From Schmidtea polychroa (lineage: Eukaryota): 64,000 bases of DNA. The stretch spans positions 81,818,397-81,882,396 of the forward strand of contig CM097887.1 in NCBI GenBank assembly GCA_044892525.1, in the 5' to 3' direction. A program made the position numbers and the translations under genes. Of this stretch, positions 29,199 to 42,800 are shown one piece after another. Each line of letters begins with the position of its first letter. The first letter of the stretch is position 1. A model generated the notes under the pieces. The model was not told the DNA's origin. It worked only from the letters and a program-made list of their open reading frames with translations, and searched no databases.

Positions 29199-31475
29199 AT
29201 GGAAAAACACACAACGATGATGCAATCGCCTACGAATGAATTACTCATCAATCTCAATCAAAAATTACCGAATTTTGGATTACTCAATTGCAAAATTGCA
29301 AAATCTTCAATCATGTCTATGTTGAAATCTCAAATTCAACAATCTCAAGCTATTTTGGACCTGATTTCAAAAGATTCTGAAGAACCTTCAATTCTGGAAC
29401 CGGTTGAATCAATTAAAGAAATGCCAGAAGATTCTTTGGAATGCTCAAAGGAAAAGATGCCACTCCTTTTAAATTTGCCTTTTCCAATTGAGGAAAGATT
29501 TCAGATACTGGAGAAGTCTATCGAATCTATATCTGGTAGGATTGATTTGATTTCTAATTTTCTTAATGTTAATAATGATGACAATAATAAAAACTTTTTT
29601 ATTAAAAATTTAAAAGTAAATAATATTTCAAATAAGCATCTTCCTGTAATTTCTAACACTAAACCTGAAATTAATTCAAACTACTCTTCTAAATTAGTGG
29701 ATAGTTCCGATGAATTGAAGGCGCCTTTTGTTGATGTTGAAATAGAGAAGTCGAAAACTCTGCATGTGGATTATAAGGGAAGTAATACTGCGTTTAAAGA
29801 GGATAATGATATAGATAGATCAACTCGTATTTTGACAAAAAAAGAACGAGCTAATTTTTTGAAGAGCTTTCCAAAGTTTATTAATTTAATCAAATTAGGT
29901 GAATCAAAATTTAAAGAGAATTTAATTAATTATGAACTTAATTTAATAACTAAATCAAAATTAAACTTTAATATTAATAATTTTGAAAAGTTATATTTTG
30001 AAAATGGAAAGTTTTTTATTTCTATTTATAACAAAAATGGAATGAGACCTGAGGTTAGGAATATGAAAGCTTTAATAAAACCTAAAATTATCTCTAGCAG
30101 TGGCCGAATTTTAAATAAAACTTTTATTTCAAGTTTAATTCGTACTGACAACAATTATAGTAAAATCTCTGCTTCTTTAGCAATTAAGAAATTTTTATTT
30201 GCATTTTCTGACAAATTAGCTGCAACTGTTTCCATTAAAAATATTAATCAAAAGGGCTCTGTCATTAATAAAGAATTAGATTTACTAAAAAAAGAAAATA
30301 AACTTCCACAATTTTTAATAAATTCAGATATTAAATATCTAAATGGGGAATTTGTAATAAATGACATATTCAGTCCTTCAGAATCTCAAAATGAAGTTGT
30401 GAATCGCAGAGAGTTGTCTAGATCACAATTAAATCAATTATTTAAAAGTCATCCAGAGCTGAAAGAGATGTGTTTTGTTGAAAACTCATCTAAATGTGCA
30501 TCAAAATTGACTAATTTGTTACATAATTTAAAATTAAATAATAACTTTCTTGAGAATATTGAGTTTGATTCAGGAAGGTTTTTCAAATCTAAAGAAACTG
30601 TAAATAATGAATCAATTGGTGCGTCTGACATCATGTTTAACTTGGGACTGCTCAACTTCATTGACATTTCTAAGAAAAATGATGATTTTAAGGAACTTCT
30701 ACTTTCAACTTCTTCTCCTCAAAAGCTGGTTGATTTGATCTTTACGATAAATTATAAAATCTTGACGAAGGACATCAACTACTTGAACAATATTACCTAT
30801 GGAAATTATGTCATGAATTATTTTATAAATATTTTACTTTTACACTGTGTAGCTGATCTTGAAACTTGTGAATCTCTCACAATTGACGACTTTGATTATT
30901 GGAGCGCTGACATGATAGAAAAAATTCCTTCTTCGTCATATTACTCTCAAAGTTGCAAGGAAAAGTTACTTAAATATAGGCAGTGGAAACTAGAGGGGGA
31001 AGTTGATAAACTAAGAAATATTATTTCGCCTGAGACAATTAATGTTGTTAATAAATTTTTGATTTCATCGGATGACTCTAATAAATCTATTAAGGAAGCA
31101 ACTTTGAGTTTAGATGAACAAATGGACAAAATTAATACATTTAAACTAGGCGACAATGACCCAGACATTTTGAAATCTAAGCGGTTACTATACTTTATTT
31201 TGAGAGACAAGAAGTTGTTTCTAAGAAATAACAGCAAAATCTTCCAATTACCTATGACATGCAAAAAAATATGCACTCCAAAAATGTCATTATGTATTCA
31301 TGAACTCTTGGACTTTCTTAAGGGGATAGAAAATCATTCATCTCCGATCTTTCCTACAATAGTTGACTCTCCATTGGTTATTGAATCACTTCCAACTGAT
31401 ATAGACGCTGAGACGGATACAATAAAATCTCGTACTCGAAATGGTCGAAGAAGAGTGTTATCCGATTCTAAATGA
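29199..31475 (+). CDS. ORF1 haplotype B, 758 aa
   Basis: Near-identical to copy 2 ORF1. Confidence 0.9.
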   Translation: MEKHTTMMQSPTNELLINLNQKLPNFGLLNCKIAKSSIMSMLKSQIQQSQAILDLISKDSEEPSILEPVESIKEMPEDSLECSKEKMPLLLNLPFPIEERFQILEKSIESISGRIDLISNFLNVNNDDNNKNFFIKNLKVNNISNKHLPVISNTKPEINSNYSSKLVDSSDELKAPFVDVEIEKSKTLHVDYKGSNTAFKEDNDIDRSTRILTKKERANFLKSFPKFINLIKLGESKFKENLINYELNLITKSKLNFNINNFEKLYFENGKFFISIYNKNGMRPEVRNMKALIKPKIISSSGRILNKTFISSLIRTDNNYSKISASLAIKKFLFAFSDKLAATVSIKNINQKGSVINKELDLLKKENKLPQFLINSDIKYLNGEFVINDIFSPSESQNEVVNRRELSRSQLNQLFKSHPELKEMCFVENSSKCASKLTNLLHNLKLNNNFLENIEFDSGRFFKSKETVNNESIGASDIMFNLGLLNFIDISKKNDDFKELLLSTSSPQKLVDLIFTINYKILTKDINYLNNITYGNYVMNYFINILLLHCVADLETCESLTIDDFDYWSADMIEKIPSSSYYSQSCKEKLLKYRQWKLEGEVDKLRNIISPETINVVNKFLISSDDSNKSIKEATLSLDEQMDKINTFKLGDNDPDILKSKRLLYFILRDKKLFLRNNSKIFQLPMTCKKICTPKMSLCIHELLDFLKGIENHSSPIFPTIVDSPLVIESLPTDIDAETDTIKSRTRNGRRRVLSDSK

Positions 31476-31481
31476 AGATGT

Positions 31482-34400
31482 GTGCCTGCATCAGTGAAAA
31501 TATCTGCTCCGTTCTCATATGAAACTGATGCAGAATGCACAAATAAACTTTCTGAAATTGACCGAACACGCTGGTTTACTGATGATGAAATTGATTATTT
31601 CCTTCTACATCATATCAATAATCCAATGTTTACCTTTATAAGATGTTTCATTGTTAGTATCTTATGTTCTGATATTGCTGAAAATGTTGTTGATCTTCCC
31701 AAAGCTATTTTTGAAGCTCAAGTAATTCTATGTCCACTCAACATTAACAACTCACATTGGGTCTTGTTTGTTTATTGTAAATCTTCATTAACTTCTTATT
31801 TTATCGATCCGATCTTGAAGAATAGAAATAGATTAGTAAATAAGGAGAGAGCTGTTAAAATAAACAATGTATTAAATTGTACTTTCAATCTTGATTCATT
31901 AATAATTGAACACCCGTATAAAGATCTTGTTTATCAAGATAATAATTACGATTGTGGTCCTTTCATTTGCGGTTATGCGATGATTGTATCGCAAGAATGG
32001 AGCTCAATTCCTAATACGTTTGTCGAATACATTAGGAAACAATTGTTTCACTGTCAATCTATTTCTACTGTATCAGGAGGTGGCTTATCTAAAAATCATT
32101 TTCTCAATAAAATCAACTTCAAAAAGGCAATAAAACCTAAAAGCAAACCCATTATGAATGTCAAAATTATAAACCCTAATAATGAGAAAGCTTGTGTCTC
32201 ATCTCTGATAAGCAAATGGTACGAAAAATATCCAAGTATATTAGTTCTTTCTCCCGAAATAACAAATAGTTTAATCAGTCAAAATGATAATTTTATAATT
32301 GAAAATATTACATTTTTGCAATTTAGAAACGTTGATCATATAATTTGTATAATTCCTAACGATAATTGCTGGTGTCTATTGTTTTGCTCAGTCAAATATG
32401 GACATAGTTATCTTTTTGATCTTAAACCTGGTTCGATTACTGAAAGATTGATAGGAATTTGTGAAAATATTACCGATTATTTGAATAAATTTACTCTAAA
32501 TAAAAAGGTTTATTTTGAAAAGAATCAAAATGCTTTTCGTTTAAAAATTTCATCTGAAGATCCGTTTGAATATGCAGTTGGGTACATTGCCTTCTTAGAA
32601 AAATATCTTTTTAATAGAATATTTGATAGAGATTATGTGATTAAAACTCTCAAACATATGAATGTGCAGCAGGCAATTGAAATTAACAAAAATTTAAATT
32701 TAATTAATTGCAAAATTACTGATAAAATTATAACTAATTTTTTTAATAACTTGAAACATTCCTCAGATTTTATTTTACTTAATAATACAATGTGCACTGC
32801 AATTTATGAAGACTGTACTCAATATCTGAAAGATTTTTTAAATATTGAGCATTTGATAAAAGCACAGGTTATTTTTTGTATTATGGCCCCTCCTAAAGCT
32901 CAAGAAATATTGTTTGTCATTGACTATAAAACTGATGAGCATTACTTTCTCAATCCCTCAACTTTAATTACTAATTTTAATTATTTATTTACTAGTCAAA
33001 CTTTGTTGCATAAAATCAACGAAATTAGAGAATCGGCCGGTTGTTGTATAAAATCTGGTAATATTCCGCATGATGTTCGTGGTTCTGGCCTTGTGAGTCG
33101 TGTACTCATTTGTGCTTTTATAAAAAACTATATTTCTGATTTATCTTTAGAGAACCTCAATTTATTTGATATAGGCAGTGTAATTACTTCTTTGTTACCT
33201 CCAATAACGGAAACGATCAAGGTTTCGAAAAAAGACTTAAATGTAAAAAAAGAAATTGAAAAACCTTCTTTGGAGCGTCGAATTGAGAAAATTAATCTCC
33301 TTTTATCAAATTTAGAAAACAGCAACGTTAATGAAATCTGTAAGATAATCATTGACAATTCATTGCGTCAAAGATCAGATGACAAAACTATGATTCGTAG
33401 ACCTTATCTGGGAAATAAACCTTCTTACGACAAACCTGACAAAAATATACTAATATCTGGCTTCCTATCTAATATGAAATTGACAGTGAATAAAATACTG
33501 GCTGATGAGAAAATTGATGAAAGACCTTCAATAACTGACTACATTTCTAATTTCACTCATTCTGATCCTGTCATTAAATCTTACGATAAAGTGTTTAATT
33601 TCTGTCTGAGTTCTTTGTCAACTCTAGTTCTGAATCTAATTTCCACTGAAGATGTAAAGTTTGAAATTAAAAAAGCAGACAACACTTCTCCTGGACTTGA
33701 TGATATCAAGTATAAAGATTTATCTATTTTTGATCCTGAATACAAATTATTGACATTTTTCTTTAACAAAATAATAGTCGATAAAAATGTTCCAGAATGT
33801 TTAAAATCTTTCAAAACAATTATGATTCCGAAGCCTGATAAAGGTGACAAGTACACTTTAGTTTCTTCATGGCGACCAATAGCTCTATTGTCAGTCATTT
33901 ACAAAGTGTTTGCGTCAGTGTTAGCTAGTCGTTTGACCAGTTGGGTGAAGGTCAATAATTTACTACACATTGGTCAGAAAGGAGGCTCAATCCACGACGG
34001 ATGTGTTGAACATAACTCTGTTCTTTCTTCCTGCTTGGAACACTCAAAATACAGTAAAAACACTCCAATTGCTATAGCCTGGCTTGATATTAAAGACGCC
34101 TTTGGCAGTGTCCCTCGTGATTACATGTGGAAAATCCTGCGTCGCGTTGGAGTCAGTGAGGAATTCACCAACATCTTGAAGCTGTTATATACCGATACAA
34201 GTTCTTTCTACACTTGTGGTCCAATTATTACACCAAACATTGCCATTAAACAGGGTGTCAAACAAGGATGCCCTATTTCAATGATTTTGTTTGCAATTGC
34301 GATAAATCCTGTTCTTGAATCTGTTAGTCAATCAAATGTGAAACCTTTCAAAATTGCTGGATCTTCGGTTCAAGTTCTTGCATATGCTGATGACATTGCA

Positions 34401-36019
34401 CTTGTTGCAAATAATGTTTCCGATTTACAACGCATAATTGACATTGCAGTCGATACTGCTAATGAAATAGGTTTTGAATATCGACCTGAAAAGTGTGCTT
34501 TTCTTGAACTTCCAAATATTAACTCTGAAAGTAAAATCACAATCAATGGAATAAATATTAAGAAACTTTTACCAAACGAATTTTACCAATATCTGGGAGT
34601 TCCAGTCGGTGAGGAAACTGACCAAAGTCCTTACGAGATTTTGAATAAAGTTATTGTTGATGCAAATAAAATTGCAGAATATGACTTGTTGGGATGGCAA
34701 AAATTGAAAGCCTACAAAGTCTTTCTACACTCGCGCCTAATCTTTCCATTTAGAACGAGAGAAATAAAGATCAGTGCTCTTTCAACAACACAAGTTAATT
34801 GTACGAGTAAACTGAGAAGTATTCTAAGAAAGATCTTGAATTTGCCCAACCATTCTGAGACCAGTTATCTTTACAACTCCATTGAAAATGGAGGTGCGTC
34901 TTGTATTGATCTTCTTGATGAATATCATACACAGACGATTAGTCATTTTTCCGACTCTTTACCTCTAATTGCATGTTCACTCGTAATATCAATATTGACT
35001 CTTTGAAATTCGTCACTGGTCCTCGACTGGGAATCAAGGAACCATCAATGCAAGAGAGTTTCAACTGGATAAATGGAGCTGAAAATATCAAAACTCATTC
35101 TGGAAAGAAAACGAGATTCTATCGACCTCGGATAGCAATCAAGTACTTTCAAAGAACTCATGGTATTACCTTGTCTTTTGAAGTCGAGAAAAATGAGCCT
35201 GTTCTTCGATTTACAACTATCGAACGTGGTACTTGTGTGTTGACAGCTTTGAATCGGAAAGCGATTTCTAAAATCATACATATTGCACTTTATGATGCTT
35301 ATTTTTCTAAATGGAAATTAAGTAGCACGAGTGGATCTTGTGCTTATAGTTTATCACCGAAAATCAATAAAGCGATTTACAATGGCAATCTTCGTGAAAG
35401 TCCTTGGAAATTCATACATCGTGCACGTACAAACACATTGTCTACCTTTGCTAAACCTTATCGAAAACCTGATGATAGACTTTGTAGGCGTTGTCATATT
35501 GAAGAGGAAACACTTTGCCATGTTCTGCAAACATGCAAAATTCACCAAATCCTTGCTCTTAAAAGACATAACGAATGCTTACGACTTATTACTGAGCAAC
35601 TGAAAAATCCTTTTCTTATTGTTGTTATTGACCACACTTGTTCACTTGTTGTTGACTCTAAGGAGCGAGTTGATTTAATGATAACGGATAATGATAAAAA
35701 GAAAATTTTCATGGTAGACGTCAAATGTCCTTTTGACACTCTACAGACTTTTGAAACGGTAGATAAAGGAAATTTGACAAAATACGATAATCTTCGACAG
35801 CAAATACAAGTTGCAAAGCCAAATTTTAAGGTGGAACTTTATACTTGTATCATTGGGTCATTAGGTTCTGTTCCACCAATGACATATGATGTGCTTGAGA
35901 AGATTGGAGTACCTAATCATAAAGTTGAATCTCTTGTAAGAGAATGTGCAATGAGCAATATAATGTACTCGGCTAAATCTTGGCATTACCATGCATATGG
36001 TATCTTACCAGGCTTCTAA
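31482..36019 (+). pseudogene. ORF2 with -1 frameshift in a T homopolymer (34946-34950)
   Basis: T5 instead of T6; track ORFs 31482-35006 and 34973-36019; may be a sequencing error. Confidence 0.75.
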
Positions 36020-36749
36020 TTATTAAAATTCGATTGAAAATAATTAATTTTGTTTCTCATATTAATTAAAAAAAAACTGTCATCATTATTTATTTAAAGA
36101 ATTATGAGGAATTCAATATCATTTTAATCTTGCCACTTATTAGTTTTGATAATCTAAACATGATAATAATCTTTTAAATTCATCATGAAGAGGTGGTCTG
36201 TTCTAATTTCAGATTCGATAACGATGAAAAAATTCAGCTGAAACAAGAAATCTTTGCAGAAACCTAGAATGGCGCTTAATTAATTTGGCTCTAAAACTTC
36301 AGCAAGTGTTAAGCTAAGCCGGAAACGAATCTCCGATGAAATCCAATATGCCTGAGAAATTTCAAGAAACAAAGTGCTTTCGAGACGAATATTCTCCCAA
36401 CCGATATAATTATCATAGAGATTTTGATCACCCAAGTGCCGACATTTCTTGAATGGCTGTTCCAAGTTGAACGTTCTCAACAGATAAAAATCCAAAAACT
36501 TGTTATATTAATAAAATTTTATCTAGTAAACCAGGGGTCGTGAGTTCAATTCTCACCGAAGGCAATTTTTTCCTAAATAAATTTTATCACATCAACATTA
36601 ATCTTGTCTTGTCCGTTTTTGTTTCTCGTATTAGAAAAATTCCAACAAAAAATCCTATTGATTGTCCGACTTGTGTATGGGTTGGATTTTGATTTTTTCG
36701 GTACAGAATGCCACTTTATAGATTTAAATAGAAATCTCTCAAATTGCAA

Positions 36750-36822
36750 GCCTTCGTAGCTCAGTGGTTAGAGCACTGGTCTAGTAAACCAGGGGTCGTG
36801 AGTTCAATTCTCACCGAAGGCA
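36750..36822 (+). tRNA. trnT: tRNA-Thr(AGT)
   Basis: Consensus copy. Confidence 0.97.
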
Positions 36823-37007
36823 ATTTTTTCCTAAATAAATTTTATCACATCAACATTAATCTTGTCTTGTCCGTTTTTGTTTCTCGTATTAGAAAAATTC
36901 CAACAAAAAATCCTATTGATTGTCCGACTTGTGTATGGGTTGGATTTTGATTTTTTCGGTACAGAATGCCACTTTATAGATTTAAATAGAAATCTCTCAA
37001 ATTGCAA

Positions 37008-37080
37008 GCCTTCGTAGCTCAGTGGTTAGAGCACTGGTCTAGTAAACCAGGGGTCGTGAGTTCAATTCTCACCGAAGGCA
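37008..37080 (+). tRNA. trnT: tRNA-Thr(AGT)
   Basis: Consensus copy. Confidence 0.97.
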
Positions 37081-37265
37081 ATTTTTTCCTAAATAAATTT
37101 TATCACATCAACATTAATCTTGTCTTGTCCGTTTTTGTTTCTAGTATTAGAAAAATTCCAACAAAAAATCCTATTGATTGTCCGACTTGTGTATGGGTTG
37201 GATTTTGTTTTTTTCGGTACAGAATGCCACTTTAATAATTTAAATAGAAATCTCTCAAATTGCAA

Positions 37266-37338
37266 GCCTTCGTAGCTCAGTGGTTAGAGCACTGGTCTAG
37301 TAAACCAGGGGTCGTGAGTTCAATTCTCACCGAAGGAA
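37266..37338 (+). tRNA. trnT: tRNA-Thr(AGT) variant C72A
   Basis: CGAAGGAA end. Confidence 0.75.
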
Positions 37339-37544
37339 ATTTTTTCCTAAATAAATTTTATCACATCAACATAAATCTTGTCTTGTCCGTTTTTGTTTCT
37401 AGTATTACAAAAATTCCAACAAAAAATCCTATTGATTGTCCGACTTGTGTATGGGTTGGATTTTGATTTTTTCGGTACAGAATGCCACTTTATAGATTTA
37501 AATAGAAATCTCTCAAATTGCAAGCCTTCGTAGCTCAGTGGTTA

Positions 37545-39821
37545 ATGGAAAAACACACAACGATGATGCAATCGCCTACGAATGAATTACTCATCAATCT
37601 CAATCAAAAATTACCGAATTTTGGATTACTCAATTGCAAAATTGCAAAATCTTCAATCATGTCTATGTTGAAATCTCAAATTCAACAATCTCAAGCTATT
37701 TTGGACCTGATTTCAAAAGATTCTGAAGAACCTTCAATTCTGGAACCGGTTGAATCAATTAAAGAAATGCCAGAAGATTCTTTGGAATGCTCAAAGGAAA
37801 AGATGCCACTCCTTTTAAATTTGCCTTTTCCAATTGAGGAAAGATTTCAGATACTGGAGAAGTCTATCGAATCTATATCTGGTAGGATTGATTTGATTTC
37901 TAATTTTCTTAATGTTAATAATAATGACAATAATAAAAACTTTTTTATTAAAAATTTAAAAGTAAATAATATTTCAAATAAGCATCTTCCTGTAATTTCT
38001 AACACTAAACCTGAAATTAATTCAAACTACTCTTCTAAATTAGTGGATAGTTCCGATAAATTGAAGGCGCCTTTTGTTGATGTTGAAATAGAGAAGTCGA
38101 AAACTCTGCATGTGGATTATAAGGGAAGTAATACTGCGTTTAAAGAGGATAATGATATAGATAGATCAACTCGTATTTTGACAAAAAAAGAACGAGCTAA
38201 TTTTTTGAAGAGCTTTCCAAAGTTTATTAATTTAATCAAATTAGGTGAATCAAAATTTAAAGAGAATTTAATTAATTATGAACTTAATTTAATAACTAAA
38301 TCAAAATTAAACTTTAATATTAATAATTTTGAAAAGTTATATTTTGAAAATGGAAAGTTTTTTATTTCTATTTATAACAAAAATGGAATGAGACCTGAGG
38401 TTAGGAATATGAAAGCTTTAATAAAACCTAAAATTATCTCTAGCAGTGGCCGAATTTTAAATAAAACTTTTATTTCAAGTTTAATTCGTATTGACAACAA
38501 TTATAGTAAAATCTCTGCTTCTTTAGCAATTAAGAAATTTTTATTTGCATTTTCTGACAAATTAGCTGCAACTGTTTCCATTAAAAATATTAATCAAAAG
38601 GGCTCTGTCATTAATAAAGAATTAGATTTACTAAAAAAAGAAAATAAACTTCCACAATTTTTAATAAATTCAGATATTAAATATCTAAATGGGGAATTTG
38701 TAATAAATGACATATTCAGTCCTTCAGAATCTCAAAATGAAGTTGTGAATCGCAGAGAGTTGTCTAGATCACAATTAAATCAATTATTTAAAAGTCATCC
38801 AGAGCTGAAAGAGATGTGTTTTGTTGAAAACTCATCTAAATGTGCATCAAAATTGACTAATTTGTTACATAATTTAAAATTAAATAATAACTTTCTTGAG
38901 AATATTGAGTTTGATTCAGGAAGGTTTTTCAAATCTAAAGAAACTGTAAATAATGAATCAATTGGTGCGTCTGACATCATGTTTAACTTGGGACTGCTCA
39001 ACTTCATTGACATTTCTAAGAAAAATGATGATTTTAAGGAACTTCTACTTTCAACTTCTTCTCCTCAAAAGCTGGTTGATTTGATCTTTACGATAAATTA
39101 TAAAATCTTGACGAAGGACATCAACTACTTGAACAATATTACCTATGGAAATTATGTCATGAATTATTTTATAAATATTTTACTTTTACACTGTGTAGCT
39201 GATCTTGAAACTTGTGAATCTCTCACAATTGACGACTTTGATTATTGGAGCGCTGACATGATAGAAAAAATTCCTTCTTCGTCATATTACTCTCAAAGTT
39301 GCAAGGAAAAGTTACTTAAATATAGGCAGTGGAAACTAGAGGGGGAAGTTGATAAACTAAGAAATATTATTTCGCCTGAGACAATTAATGTTGTTAATAG
39401 ATTTTTGATTTCATTGGATGACTCTAATAAATCTATTAAGGAAGCAACTTTGAGTTTAGATGAACTAATGGATAAAATTAATACATTTAAACTAGGCGAC
39501 AATGACCCAGAAATTTTGAAATCTAAGCGGCTACTATACTTTATTTTGAGAGACAAGAAGTTGTTTCTAAGAAATAACAGTAAAATCTTCCAGTTACCTA
39601 TGACATGCAGAAAGATATGCACTCCAAAAATGTCATTATGTATTCACGAACTCTTGGACTTTCTGAAGGGGATAGAAAATCATTCATCTCCGATCTTTCC
39701 TACAATAGTTGACTCTCCATTGGTTATTGAATCACTTCCAACTGATATAGACGCTGAGACGGATACAATAAAATCTCGTACTCGAAATGGTCGAAGAAGA
39801 GCGTTATCCGATTCTAAATGA
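37545..39821 (+). CDS. ORF1, 758 aa (haplotype B with haplotype-A C-terminus)
   Basis: NRFLISLD, DELM, DPEI and CRK match copy 1. Confidence 0.9.
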   Translation: MEKHTTMMQSPTNELLINLNQKLPNFGLLNCKIAKSSIMSMLKSQIQQSQAILDLISKDSEEPSILEPVESIKEMPEDSLECSKEKMPLLLNLPFPIEERFQILEKSIESISGRIDLISNFLNVNNNDNNKNFFIKNLKVNNISNKHLPVISNTKPEINSNYSSKLVDSSDKLKAPFVDVEIEKSKTLHVDYKGSNTAFKEDNDIDRSTRILTKKERANFLKSFPKFINLIKLGESKFKENLINYELNLITKSKLNFNINNFEKLYFENGKFFISIYNKNGMRPEVRNMKALIKPKIISSSGRILNKTFISSLIRIDNNYSKISASLAIKKFLFAFSDKLAATVSIKNINQKGSVINKELDLLKKENKLPQFLINSDIKYLNGEFVINDIFSPSESQNEVVNRRELSRSQLNQLFKSHPELKEMCFVENSSKCASKLTNLLHNLKLNNNFLENIEFDSGRFFKSKETVNNESIGASDIMFNLGLLNFIDISKKNDDFKELLLSTSSPQKLVDLIFTINYKILTKDINYLNNITYGNYVMNYFINILLLHCVADLETCESLTIDDFDYWSADMIEKIPSSSYYSQSCKEKLLKYRQWKLEGEVDKLRNIISPETINVVNRFLISLDDSNKSIKEATLSLDELMDKINTFKLGDNDPEILKSKRLLYFILRDKKLFLRNNSKIFQLPMTCRKICTPKMSLCIHELLDFLKGIENHSSPIFPTIVDSPLVIESLPTDIDAETDTIKSRTRNGRRRALSDSK

Positions 39822-39827
39822 AAATGT

Positions 39828-42800
39828 GTGCCTGCATCAGTGAAAATATCTGCGCCGTTCTCATATGAAACTGATGCAGAATGCACAAATAAACTTTCTG
39901 AAATTGACCAAACACGCTGGTTTACTGATGATGAAATTGATTATTTCCTTCTACATCATATCAATAATCCAATGTTTACCTTTATAAGATGTTTCATTGT
40001 TAGTATCTTATGTTCTGATATTGCTGAAAATGTTGTTGATCTTCCCAAAGCTATTTTTGAAGCTCAAGTAATTCTATGTCCACTCAACATTAACAACTCA
40101 CATTGGGTCTTGTTTGTTTATTGTAAATCTTCATTAACTTCTTATTTTATCGATCCGATCTTGAAGAATAGAAATAGATTAGTAAATAAGGAGAGAGCTG
40201 TTAAAATAAACAATGTATTAAACTGTACTTTCAATCTTGATTCATTAATAATTGAACACCCGTATAAAGATCTTGTTTATCAAGATAATAATTACGATTG
40301 TGGTCCTTTCATTTGCGGTTATGCGATGATTGTATCTCAAGAATGGAGCTCAATTCCTAATACGTTTGTCGAATACATTAGGAAACAATTGTTTCACTGT
40401 CAATCTATTTCTACTGTATCAGGAGGTGGCTTATCTAAAAATCATTTTCTCAATAAAATCAACTTCAAAAAGGCAATAAAACCTAAAAGCAAACCCATTA
40501 TGAATGTCAAAATTATAAACCCTAATAATGAGAAAGCTTGTGTCTCATCTCTGATAAGCAAATGGTACGAAAAATATCCAAGTATATTAGTTCTTTCTCC
40601 CGAAATAACAAATAGTTTAATCAGTCAAAATGATAATTTTATAATTGAAAATATTACATTTTTGCAATTTAGAAACGTTGATCATATAATTTGTATAATT
40701 CCTAACGATAATTGCTGGTGTCTATTGTTTTGCTCAGTCAAATATGGACATAGTTATCTTTTTGATCTTAAACCTGGTTCGATTACTGAAAGATTGATAG
40801 GAATTTGTGAAAATATTACCGATTATTTGAATAAATTTACTCTAAATAAAAAGGTTTATTTTGAAAAGAATCAAAATGCTTTTCGTTTAAAAATTTCATC
40901 TGAAGATCCGTTTGAATATGCAGTTGGGTACATTGCCTTCTTAGAAAAATATCTTTTTAATAGAATATTTGATAGAGATTATGTGATTAAAACTCTCAAA
41001 CATATGAATGTGCAGCAGGCAATTGAAATTAACAAAAATTTAAATTTAATTAATTGCAAAATTACTGATAAAATTATAACTAATTTTTTTAATAACTTGA
41101 AACATTCCTCAGATTTTATTTTACTTAATAATACAATGTGCACTGCAATTTATGAAGACTGTACTCAATATCTGAAAGATTTTTTAAATATTGAGCATTT
41201 GATAAAAGCACAGGTTATTTTTTGTATTATGGCCCCTCCTAAAGCTCAAGAAATATTGTTTGTCATTGACTATAAAACTGATGAGCATTACTTTCTCAAT
41301 CCCTCAACTTTAATTACTAATTTTAATTATTTATTTACTAGTCAAACTTTGTTGCATAAAATCAACGAAATTAGAGAATCGGCCGGTTGTTGTATAAAAT
41401 CTGGTAATATTCCGCATGATGTTCGTGGTTCTGGCCTTGTGAGTCGTGTACTCATTTGTGCTTTTATAAAAAACTATATTTCTGATTTATCTTTAGAGAA
41501 CCTCAATTTATTTGATATAGGCAGTGTAATTACTTCTTTGTTACCTCCAATAACGGAAACGATCAAGGTTTCGAAAAAAGACTTAAATGTAAAAAAAGAA
41601 ATTGAAAAACCTTCTTTGGAGCGTCGAATTGAGAAAATTAATCTCCTTTTATCAAATTTAGAAAACAGCAACGTTAATGAAATCTGTAAGATAATCATTG
41701 ACAATTCATTGCGTCAAAGATCAGATGACAAAACTATGATTCGTAGACCTTATCTGGGAAATAAACCTTCTTACGACAAACCTGACAAAAATATACTAAT
41801 ATCTGGCTTCCTATCTAATATGAAATTGACAGTGAATAAAATACTGGCTGATGAGAAAATTGATGAAAGACCTTCAATAACTGACTACATTTCTAATTTC
41901 ACTCATTCTGATCCTGTCATTAAATCTTACGATAAAGTGTTTAATTTCTGTCTGAGTTCTTTGTCAACTCTAGTTCTGAATCTAATTTCCACTGAAGATG
42001 TAAAGTTTGAAATTAAAAAAGCAGACAACACTTCTCCTGGACTTGATGATATCAAGTATAAAGATTTATCTATTTTTGATCCTGAATACAAATTATTGAC
42101 ATTTTTCTTTAACAAAATAATAGTCGATAAAAATGTTCCAGAATGTTTAAAATCTTTCAAAACAATTATGATTCCGAAGCCTGATAAAGGTGACAAGTAC
42201 ACTTTAGTTTCTTCATGGCGACCAATAGCTCTATTGTCAGTCATTTACAAAGTGTTTGCGTCAGTGTTAGCTAGTCGTTTGACCAGTTGGGTGAAGGTCA
42301 ATAATTTACTACACATTGGTCAGAAAGGAGGCTCAATCCACGACGGATGTGTTGAACATAACTCTGTTCTTTCTTCCTGCTTGGAACACTCAAAATACAG
42401 TAAAAACACTCCAATTGCTATAGCCTGGCTTGATATTAAAGACGCCTTTGGCAGTGTCCCTCATGATTACATGTGGAAAATCCTGCGTCGCGTTGGAGTC
42501 AGTGAGGAATTCACCAACATCTTGAAGCTGTTATATACCGATACAAGTTCTTTCTACACTTGTGGTCCAATTATTACACCAAACATTGCCATTAAACAGG
42601 GTGTCAAACAAGGATGCCCTATTTCAATGATTTTGTTTGCAATTGCGATAAATCCTGTTCTTGAATCTGTTAGTCAATCAAATGTGAAACCTTTCAAAAT
42701 TGCTGGATCTTCGGTTCAAGTTCTTGCATATGCTGATGACATTGCACTTGTTGCAAATAATGTTTCCGATTTACAACGCATAATTGACATTGCAGTCGAT

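Larger units (their letters stand above)
29199..36522 (+). mobile_element. tRNA-Thr-specific RLE retrotransposon, copy 4 (ORF2 frameshift), 7324 bp
   Basis: Same junctions. Confidence 0.96.
36523..37544 (+). repeat. tRNA-Thr array block 5 (3' half 36523-36564, 3 full genes, 5' half 37524-37544)
   Basis: 258-bp periodicity. Confidence 0.97.
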
